From assembly GCA_051252135.1 (NCBI GenBank), contig JBPOGH010000002.1:1-64000 (forward strand): 64,000 bases of DNA. The letters run 5' to 3'. This stretch comes from Verrucomicrobiaceae bacterium (GTDB taxonomy: Bacteria > Verrucomicrobiota > Verrucomicrobiia > Verrucomicrobiales > Akkermansiaceae). Position numbers and translations under genes: made by a program. This document shows, piece after piece, positions 46,650-54,254 of the stretch. Position 1 is the first letter of the stretch. Every line of letters starts with the position of its first letter. Below the pieces are notes generated by a model. It was not told the origin of the DNA. It saw only the letters and a list, made by a program, of their open reading frames with translations, and ran no database searches.

Positions 46650-47467
46650 AGCGTCCTGGAGAAGAGGGCGTAGCGTCGGAAGACGTGGGCGTGGAAGCGG
46701 GAGCTGATGCGGAGGGATTGGTTGTCCTCGCGCTGAAGGGCGTGGATGGCTTCGGTGTGGTTGTGTTGGCGGGCGGCGTTTTGGATGCGTTCGACGAGGA
46801 GGGTGCCGAGGCCGGCGAAGCGCCGTTCGGGGAGGACGGCGAGGGTTTTAACGATGAAGGTGGGGGCTTGGGAGAAGCCGAAGACGAAGCCGACGAGGTC
46901 GTCTTCCGACTCGGCGAGGAAGGCGGACTCAGGAGTGAGGTGTTGGGCGAAGGCGAGATAGGACTGAAGGAATTCGCTTTCGGTGATGGGGGTGTAGAGG
47001 AAGTTTTGGGTGAAAGTTTGGAGGCTGAGAGCGAAGATTTTTTTGAGATCGGATTCGAGGTTGTCGAGATCGAGGGTGCGGATGGAAACGTGATGCAGTC
47101 GGTTTTCAAGGCGGGTGAGATCGGGTGGCGGGACGGTGAGGTCGAGGAGGGAAGAGGAGTAGCGGGCGAGGGTTTGGTAGCCGGCGGACTCGAAGAGGCT
47201 GGCGGTTTCGGGTGGAGTGATGGGCTCCAGGAGGAAGGGTGGGCGGCCATCGGATTCGATGACGGCCCGGTGGGTGCGCCAGGTGTTTCCTTCCATGGGG
47301 CCAATGGCGAGGGTGCAGCCTTGCGCGCGGAGGTGGTCTTCGGCATCGGCGAGATCGGTTGCACTTTGAGGAATGCCGAGGCAGCCGATGGTGTGGTCGG
47401 GCAGGGTAGGGACGTCCTTCCACCAGAGGCCAAGAGAGTTGTTGATGAGGTGATCGGGGGTGGTCAT
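46646..47467 (-). CDS. GNAT-fold acyltransferase
   Basis: GPMEGNTW..HR, PFLLEP, F..NFLYTPI and IVKTLAVLP...AGLG. Confidence 0.78.
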   Translation of the reverse strand: MTTPDHLINNSLGLWWKDVPTLPDHTIGCLGIPQSATDLADAEDHLRAQGCTLAIGPMEGNTWRTHRAVIESDGRPPFLLEPITPPETASLFESAGYQTLARYSSSLLDLTVPPPDLTRLENRLHHVSIRTLDLDNLESDLKKIFALSLQTFTQNFLYTPITESEFLQSYLAFAQHLTPESAFLAESEDDLVGFVFGFSQAPTFIVKTLAVLPERRFAGLGTLLVERIQNAARQHNHTEAIHALQREDNQSLRISSRFHAHVFRRYALFSRTL

Positions 47468-48660
47468 GAAAGGAGGGCGATGAGGGAAAACCCGTAGGCG
47501 AGGATCGCTTGTTCGAAGCGGGAGAGCGAGCCAAGGAAGCGGGAGGCGACAGGGAGAATGAGGAGGGCGGGGTGAAGGCAGGAGCTAACAAGTGCGATGA
47601 GGGTCACCTTGATCAAGCAGATGAAGGTGGCTGGCGGCTTGTTGAGATGGGCCTGCGTGGCGGCGTGAAGGAGTGCTACTTGGGTGAGGATGGTGAGGCA
47701 AAATCCCTGGTAGCAGATCGCATCGGGGATGGAGGTGGTGACTTTGAGAGCGATCCAAATGAGGCCGGGAAGGGCGACGGCGGCGACGGAATCGGCGCTG
47801 TGCTCCATCTTTTTGAGCTCGGGATAGAATCGGGTGGTCGCGAGGTGGATGAGAAAGAGGGTGATGGGGGCAATGAGGTATTCTTTTCCTCCGAGGGCGA
47901 AGGAGAGGTAGCCGAAGATGATGGCGCTGAGAAGGCCACCGCCGTTGAGGCTGGTGAGTCGGCGGACAAAGAAGAGAGAGGTGCCGAGGGCGAAGATGAT
48001 GCCGATCCGGGCAAGGAGTTCGGTCCAGGTGAGGTCGTTGAGGAAGAAGAGAAGGGCGTAGACGGTGATGGGGAGGAGAAGGTTATCGATGCCGGCACCC
48101 AGAACGCCTTCCGCCATGGTGGCGACGAGGGCAACGACGGTGGCGATGAGGAGGGCGGTGATGAGATCGTGATGGATGCCGCTGGCCCAGGTGATGAGGA
48201 AGCTGACGAGGAAGACGGCGAGGGAGCCTTCGAGTGATTTTTGTCCGGCGTTGGTGCGGTAGTGGTGCTTGCCGAAGCGGCGTCCGATGAGCGCGCCGGC
48301 GGTATCGGCAAAGGTGAGGATGCCAATGGCGGGAAGGTAGGTGGAGGGTGAGCCATCGGAGAGTCGGAAGACGATGGCGACACCGACGGGGAAGAGGAGT
48401 TCGCCGAAGGAGAGGCGTTGGACGCGGTGGAGAACGTCGCCAATTTTGGGTTTGAGCCAGCGCAGAAGAAGGAGGCTGATGACGGCAAGGGCGGCGAGGA
48501 GGTCGACGTGGGCGGGGTCTTCGAAGAGCCAGGGAAAGCTGAGGCAGATGGTGCCCATTCCGAGGTGGACGAGCTTGCGGCTGCCTTCCGCGCTGAGGTG
48601 CAGGCGATGGGTAATGAGAAGGAGGGCGAGAAGTGCGCCGATGACGATGAGGATGTTCAC
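47464..48660 (-). CDS. Polyprenol kinase / cytidylyltransferase-family integral membrane protein
   Basis: SRKLVH, D..GALIG..FG, KSLEGS and G.DNL.LP; multiple TM segments; GTG start. Confidence 0.8.
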   Translation of the reverse strand: MNILIVIGALLALLLITHRLHLSAEGSRKLVHLGMGTICLSFPWLFEDPAHVDLLAALAVISLLLLRWLKPKIGDVLHRVQRLSFGELLFPVGVAIVFRLSDGSPSTYLPAIGILTFADTAGALIGRRFGKHHYRTNAGQKSLEGSLAVFLVSFLITWASGIHHDLITALLIATVVALVATMAEGVLGAGIDNLLLPITVYALLFFLNDLTWTELLARIGIIFALGTSLFFVRRLTSLNGGGLLSAIIFGYLSFALGGKEYLIAPITLFLIHLATTRFYPELKKMEHSADSVAAVALPGLIWIALKVTTSIPDAICYQGFCLTILTQVALLHAATQAHLNKPPATFICLIKVTLIALVSSCLHPALLILPVASRFLGSLSRFEQAILAYGFSLIALLS

Positions 48661-49631
48661 GAGACTTCTTCGACGAGGAAGCGGGAGTAAAAGAAGGCGC
48701 GGTCTTCACGGAAGAGGGCGTCTGATTCTTCGGGAAGAAGAGTGATGTTCGGGTGATTCGACTGGCGGGGAGCGAGCATGTTCCAGTAGGCAAGGCGGGC
48801 TCCGGAAGTGCTGTGGTCGGCGATCTTTTGAAGGAGGGAGGCGGTCGATTCTTCACTCATGTATTCGAAGATATCACTGAGGTTAAAGGCGTCGTATTTC
48901 CGGCCATCAAGAGCGGCTTCGAGTGGAGACTCAATGATGGTGAGGCGATCTTCGCGGAGAGCGGTGCGGATTTTTTGGAAGGATTCTTCCTGAAGGGCGA
49001 GGGGGAGGGTCTTACCGTAGTGGCCTTTGAGGATCCAGTGGAGGTAGGGATTTTGGGAGGGGTCGAGCTCGACGAGGGCGTAGCGGGCGCGGTCGAGGAT
49101 GCGGTCGGCAACCGAGCCTTCAACGTAGTCGAAGAACGCGGGGTCGCGTCCGAGTCGGCCCATGACGAAGCGGGAGAAGAAGAGCTTGAAAATGGCGCGC
49201 CAGCGGAAGGTGTTCCAGGTGGTGCGATAGAATTCGGCACGTTCTCCGGAGGTGCGCGGAGTGAGGAGTTGCTCGATGCGTTTTTGGGAATGAGCGAGGG
49301 GGAGGACGCGGGTACGAAATATTTCGAAGTAGCGTTCAAATTTTCCGCGGGAGGCGGTGACGGTTTTAAGGAAGTCGGGGTAGTCGAGATTGAGGTAGGC
49401 GTCGCGTCGTAGCTTGATGCAGGCGATCTGGGCCGGGTTCATCTCGACGGCGGTGACGTGCGCTGCGCCGGCGGCGAGGAGGGCGAAGGAATTGTCGCCG
49501 GCGGAACCGATGGAGAGGCAGCGGCGTCCTTCGTGCGCCTTGAGGGCTTTGACGAGGATGTCGGCGTCCTCCCAGCATTGTCCGTAGCGGACTTGGGAGA
49601 ACTCGGCGCGGGATTGGATTTCACTCTTCAT
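48657..49631 (-). CDS. DUF3419 family protein (BtaA-like SAM 3-amino-3-carboxypropyl transferase)
   Basis: Y.QCWEDA, SIGSAGDN, EMNPAQ, NPYL and LSDIFEYM. Confidence 0.85.
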   Translation of the reverse strand: MKSEIQSRAEFSQVRYGQCWEDADILVKALKAHEGRRCLSIGSAGDNSFALLAAGAAHVTAVEMNPAQIACIKLRRDAYLNLDYPDFLKTVTASRGKFERYFEIFRTRVLPLAHSQKRIEQLLTPRTSGERAEFYRTTWNTFRWRAIFKLFFSRFVMGRLGRDPAFFDYVEGSVADRILDRARYALVELDPSQNPYLHWILKGHYGKTLPLALQEESFQKIRTALREDRLTIIESPLEAALDGRKYDAFNLSDIFEYMSEESTASLLQKIADHSTSGARLAYWNMLAPRQSNHPNITLLPEESDALFREDRAFFYSRFLVEEVS

Positions 49632-51957
49632 GATCGAGGAGGGTGACTTGTCCGGTTTTCCCGTTCATTTCAACGAGGTCTCCGGTTTTGAGGGTGGTGG
49701 TAATATGGCTGAGGGAGACGATGCAGGGGAGCTGCAATTCGCGGGCGACGATGGCGGAGTGTGAGAGGAGGCTTCCGCGTTCGACGAGGAGTCCGGCGGC
49801 GGCGGGGAAGAGGACGACCCAGCCGGGGTCGGTTTGAGTGGCGACGAGAATTTCACCGGGAAGGAGGGTGGCTTCGCGGGGATTGGTGACGACGCGGACG
49901 GGGCCGCGAACAATGCCGGAGCAGGCGCCGATGCCTTGAAGGTCTCCTTCGTGATCGGTGGGTTCGATGTCGTCGGTGAAGTCGTGAGAGCGATGGATGG
50001 GGCCTCGGGCGGAGAAGCGATCGGGAGGGGCGGGAGAGTGATGATATTCTTCAAACTCTTCCTTGCGAGCGGTGACAATTCCTTTGAGGGCGTTGGTGGT
50101 GGAGTGGTCGAGAACTTCGTCGAGTTTGAGGTAGAAGATGTCGTCGGCTTGCTCCAAGCGGCCGTCGGCGGTGAGGCGGCCTCCGAGTTCGCGCATGATT
50201 TGGCGGACGCGCCCGAAGACGCGGGTGCGCTCGAAGCGGAGGTTTTCGCGGTTGCGGACGAGGTCGCGGGTTTTTCGAAGGATCCAGTTTTTGAGGAATC
50301 CTTTGAGGGGTGGGGGTTCCTCGATGGGTTCGGGGGTGAAGGCGGGGCGCTGGGCGAATCCTCCAATGGACGTGAGGAGAGGGCCGGGGTCATCGACGAC
50401 GGTGGGGCTTTCGAGTTTGAGTTCCTCGAGGCAGCGGTCGCCGAACTCGGCGAGGTAGTCGTTGAATTTGTTGTTGAGCTTGGTGAGGTCTTTGATGGCG
50501 TTTCTTTTGACGGCGAGAGAGGCGTCGTGATCGGTCAGGAGTTTGGCGAGGTCGGGGTGGTGCCGGACGATTCCGGCCATTTCCTTGATGAGTCTTGGCG
50601 GGCGGGCGGAGATGATGTCGCCGGTATCCTGCAGGAGCTCGTTGGGATTGTCGGAGATTTTTCCGAGGAGGCCGTAGAAGATCATGGCGAAGAAGTCGTT
50701 GACGAGGGGGGCGTCCCAGCGTCGGAGCAGTTGGCTTTCGAGATCCTGGTAGTGGGCGACGAGTTCCTCGCTGCGCATTTCCGGGAGAGGGGTGGAGAGG
50801 GCGAGGGCGGAGTCGAGGCGTTTGTTGAAAGCGCGGATTTGTTTGGGAAGTCCGATGAAGGAGCGGAGGAGGCCGACGGTGGTCTTGCTGAGGGCGAGGC
50901 GGTCGCGCCATTTGGTGGTGGTGTTTTCGGCGACGATCTTTTCGACGATCTCGTCGGGGAGGGGTTTTTTGACTCCCATCATTTGCTCCATGAATCCGCG
51001 GTTGGTGGAGAAACCGGGGAGGAGGGCGAGAACGCGGTACCAGCTGACGAGATTGTAGTAGGTGCGGCCGCGGACGAGGCCGAGCATTTTGGGGAAGACG
51101 GTATCGTTGGCTTCGATCTTCCAGGTGGGGACGCCGAGGAGTTTGCAGAATTCGCGGTAGACGTGTTCGTAGATGCGCGAGGCGAACGAGAAGGTGAGCG
51201 GGGTGGTGACACCGCCGTAGCTTTCGGCGATGTTGCTATTGTCCCAGACAACGAGCTCGTCGGAGGGATCGGGGAGATTGGAGAGAGTGGTGATGGCGCG
51301 GCTTTGGAGGAGCCAGAGGGTGCCTTGTTGGTCGATGGCCCACTCGATGTCCTGCGGGCGGTTGAAGTGGGCATTGCACTGACGGCAAAGGGTGGCGATT
51401 TCCTTGATTTGGCGCGGGGTGAGAAGGGTGCTTTCTCCGGCGATGGTGTTGTCCCGGGAGATGCGCCAGTCGTGGGAGTCTACTTCGCCTGAGACGAGGG
51501 ATTCGCCGAGTCCTTCGACGGCGGAGACAAGGCAGACATCGCGGTCGCCCGAGACGGGGTCGGCACCGAAGGCGACGCCGGCGAATCGGGCGTCGACCAT
51601 TTCCTGAACGATGACGGCGACGGGAGCATCGGATTCGGTTTGGCGTGATTGGGTGTAAGCGGAGACGCGATCGGCTTTTTGCGAATTGCGGACTTCTTCG
51701 ATTTTGGCGGGGATGTCCTGCGGAGCGACATTGAGGAAGCTTTCGAACTGTCCGGCAAAGGAGTGCTCCGAGCCGTCTTCGGCCATGGCCGAAGAGCGGA
51801 CGGCGTGGGGTCCGGTGAGTTCGGGAAGAGAGTAGGATCCGGTGGTGACGGCGAACCAGGTGGGCACCTTGAAGCCGGCCTGGGTGAGCTGAGCGAGGGC
51901 GAGGGCTTTGCCGCCTACGGGGTCGGTAGGCTGGCAGTGAAGGGCTTCGATGATCAT
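49621..51957 (-). CDS. PEP-synthase/rifampin-phosphotransferase-like dikinase (ATP-grasp + substrate domain + swivel phospho-His)
   Basis: VGGKA, AVRSSA.AED..SFAGQF, PQDIEWA, LQSR.IT, TDPGW and GSLLSHSAIVARE. ATG 51957 overlaps the UbiA stop. Confidence 0.9.
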   Translation of the reverse strand: MIIEALHCQPTDPVGGKALALAQLTQAGFKVPTWFAVTTGSYSLPELTGPHAVRSSAMAEDGSEHSFAGQFESFLNVAPQDIPAKIEEVRNSQKADRVSAYTQSRQTESDAPVAVIVQEMVDARFAGVAFGADPVSGDRDVCLVSAVEGLGESLVSGEVDSHDWRISRDNTIAGESTLLTPRQIKEIATLCRQCNAHFNRPQDIEWAIDQQGTLWLLQSRAITTLSNLPDPSDELVVWDNSNIAESYGGVTTPLTFSFASRIYEHVYREFCKLLGVPTWKIEANDTVFPKMLGLVRGRTYYNLVSWYRVLALLPGFSTNRGFMEQMMGVKKPLPDEIVEKIVAENTTTKWRDRLALSKTTVGLLRSFIGLPKQIRAFNKRLDSALALSTPLPEMRSEELVAHYQDLESQLLRRWDAPLVNDFFAMIFYGLLGKISDNPNELLQDTGDIISARPPRLIKEMAGIVRHHPDLAKLLTDHDASLAVKRNAIKDLTKLNNKFNDYLAEFGDRCLEELKLESPTVVDDPGPLLTSIGGFAQRPAFTPEPIEEPPPLKGFLKNWILRKTRDLVRNRENLRFERTRVFGRVRQIMRELGGRLTADGRLEQADDIFYLKLDEVLDHSTTNALKGIVTARKEEFEEYHHSPAPPDRFSARGPIHRSHDFTDDIEPTDHEGDLQGIGACSGIVRGPVRVVTNPREATLLPGEILVATQTDPGWVVLFPAAAGLLVERGSLLSHSAIVARELQLPCIVSLSHITTTLKTGDLVEMNGKTGQVTLLDHEE

Positions 51958-52820
51958 GACAGGAAGAGGGGGAGGATTCCGAGAGTGAGGTAGAGAAGAA
52001 GCGTCCAGAGGCCGGCGATCAGTTCCATTCGTTTTCCGGGTTGCCAAAGGAGGATGGCGAGTCCGAGAGCGGATCCGAGGATGATCGAAGTGTGGAAATG
52101 AGTGCCGATCTGGCAAGCGGCGATGAAGGCAAAGAGGAAGGTGGCGAGCATGCAGGAGAGCCAAATGAAGACGGCGTTTTTTTTGCCCCAGAGTTTGCTG
52201 TAAGTGGGGACGCCTGTTTCTTCGTCGGCTGGCTCCCGAATTTTACGTCCGAGCTCGATGACGAGCCCATTGCAGAAGCTGGCGGCGAGGAACCAGATGA
52301 GTCCGGAGGGAGCTGAACCGTGGGTGGGTTGCCAGTAGGTGGCAGTGGCGTAAAAATCGACAATGGGCATGATGAGCATGTGGGTCCAGAGGTAGGTAAT
52401 GGGTCGCTCTTTGAGCCAGTCACGGCAGAAGAACTCGACGCTCATCAAGGCGAGGTAGGCCCAGGCGAGGATGAGGACGATCACGAGGGGGGGGGAGAAC
52501 CAGAGGGCGAGAGCGAGCTGAATGACGGCTCCGAGGACAAAGACGATACCGAGGGAGCGCAGAGAGATCAGGCCGCGAGGAACGGGTCGGTAGGGACGGT
52601 AGGTGGCGTCCTCTTCGGCGTCCTTAAATTCATCGGCAATTCGGAGTTGGAGGAAGAAGATCAGGCAGGTCGCAAAGGCGACGAGAAACATGGGAAGGGT
52701 GGGTTCCGGACCCTTGCTGAGGAAGGAGGAATAGAGAACGGCGCAGGCGCTGAAGGCAGCGACGAGAAGTCCGTTGGCTATGATTGGGAAGCGTTCTTTT
52801 TGGTAAGTCCACCAGCGCAT
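51954..52820 (-). CDS. UbiA family prenyltransferase
   Basis: LRIADEFKD.EED..YRP.RPVPRG Asp-rich motif, E.GRK...E..TYS and about 8 TM segments. Confidence 0.82.
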   Translation of the reverse strand: MRWWTYQKERFPIIANGLLVAAFSACAVLYSSFLSKGPEPTLPMFLVAFATCLIFFLQLRIADEFKDAEEDATYRPYRPVPRGLISLRSLGIVFVLGAVIQLALALWFSPPLVIVLILAWAYLALMSVEFFCRDWLKERPITYLWTHMLIMPIVDFYATATYWQPTHGSAPSGLIWFLAASFCNGLVIELGRKIREPADEETGVPTYSKLWGKKNAVFIWLSCMLATFLFAFIAACQIGTHFHTSIILGSALGLAILLWQPGKRMELIAGLWTLLLYLTLGILPLFLS

Positions 52821-52886
52821 GTCGACACAGTAGGGAATTTCATAAAATACATCCAATCGATAAATGGAAACCTAACATTGATGGTG

Positions 52887-54149
52887 TCAATGTTTTCCCC
52901 GGGCGAGGTTTTTGTGTGCGCGGGAGAAGTGACCGGCGGCGAGGGCGCCGATGATGGAGAGTTCGCCACCGAGGATGAGGCCTGCGGTGACCTCGGCGAG
53001 GGCGCGGGCTTTGTCGGGGCCGACGAGGCCCATGAGTTGGAGGCAGGCGTTTTGGGTGGGGAGTCCGGTGCCTCCTCCGACGGTGCCGACCATGATGCCG
53101 GGGAGGGTGACGGCGGCGTAGAGATCGCCATTTTCAGATTCTTCAAAGCGGGTGACGCCGATGGCGGACTCGGCGACGCAGGCGACATCCTGACCGGTGG
53201 CGAGGTAGAGGGCGGCGAGGCCGTTGGCGAAGTGGCCCTGGATGCCGATGGTGCCGCTGAGGACGCCTCCGATGGCGGAGGTGCGCCAGTAGTCGCACAT
53301 GTCCTTGACCGAGCAGTGGAGGCGTTTCTCGACAAGGGTGGCGGGGAGGGACACTTCGGCGGAGACCTTTTTGCCGCGGGCGGAAGTGAAGGCGCGGGAG
53401 CTGGCTTTCTTGTCGCCGGAAAGGTTGGCCTCGACGTAGGCGCGTTGGGGAGAGACGGGGGAGTGTTCGAGGATGAAATCGCAGATCGCCTGGGTGGCGA
53501 TGGTGATCATGTTTTGGCCGGAGGCGTCGGCGGTTTGGAAATCGAAGTTGAGATAGACGTGGTTGCCTTCGACGGTGGTGGCGATATCGACAAGGCGGCC
53601 GTGGTTGGTGGTGGTGGAGACGATTTCTTTGAAGGTGTCGATTTGGGACATGGCCCACATGACGAACTGTCCGGCGTGGCTCAGGGAGGCGAAAGAGAAA
53701 AAGGGAGAGCGGCTGATAGATTCGTTCAGGACGGCGGCGGAACATCCCCCGGCTTCGGTAATGAGCGAGGCTCCCCGGTGGTAGCTGGCGACGAGGGCGG
53801 CCTCGGTGGTGGCGAGGGGGACGTGGTAGTCGCCTTTGGCATAGAGGCCGTTGACGCGGAGTGGTCCGGCGATGCCGAGCGGGATTTTGAGTGAGCCGAT
53901 GAGGTTTTCGATATTGCCGGAGTAGGCTTCGAGGTCGTCGGGTTGGAAGAGGGTGGCTTTGATCTGCGGGTCGGTGGCAATTTTATCCCAAAGTTGCTCG
54001 ACCCGGGCGGGGTGGGTTTTGGCGCTGACGGGGATTTTTTTTGGAAGGTCAGTGAGGTTGGGGGCGAGTTGTTTGACGAGGTCGTCGAGATTTCGGCCAG
54101 CGAGGACGTCGTCGATGTGTTGCTTTGTGAGATCGTGTTTTCCCGCCAT
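52887..54149 (-). CDS. Class I HMG-CoA reductase-like oxidoreductase
   Basis: ENLIG, PLATTEAALVAS, DASGQNM, DKK, ATGQD, GTVGGGT and GELS...AH. Start may be GTG 54179. Confidence 0.9.
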   Translation of the reverse strand: MAGKHDLTKQHIDDVLAGRNLDDLVKQLAPNLTDLPKKIPVSAKTHPARVEQLWDKIATDPQIKATLFQPDDLEAYSGNIENLIGSLKIPLGIAGPLRVNGLYAKGDYHVPLATTEAALVASYHRGASLITEAGGCSAAVLNESISRSPFFSFASLSHAGQFVMWAMSQIDTFKEIVSTTTNHGRLVDIATTVEGNHVYLNFDFQTADASGQNMITIATQAICDFILEHSPVSPQRAYVEANLSGDKKASSRAFTSARGKKVSAEVSLPATLVEKRLHCSVKDMCDYWRTSAIGGVLSGTIGIQGHFANGLAALYLATGQDVACVAESAIGVTRFEESENGDLYAAVTLPGIMVGTVGGGTGLPTQNACLQLMGLVGPDKARALAEVTAGLILGGELSIIGALAAGHFSRAHKNLARGKH

Positions 54150-54254
54150 ACGAACAGTGGTATCCGGATCATGGGCCACTATCAATCTGATAGAGTGATC
54201 ATGCGATAGCCGATCCCATTTCCGCTTCTTTTTTTGTTAGAAAATTGGTGTGAG

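Noticed and set aside
49621..51957. Rifampin resistance gene or housekeeping PEP synthase
   Set aside because: It lacks the C-terminal PEP-binding barrel of PpsA and is translationally coupled inside a biosynthetic operon. The RPH-like architecture alone does not imply rifampin as substrate.
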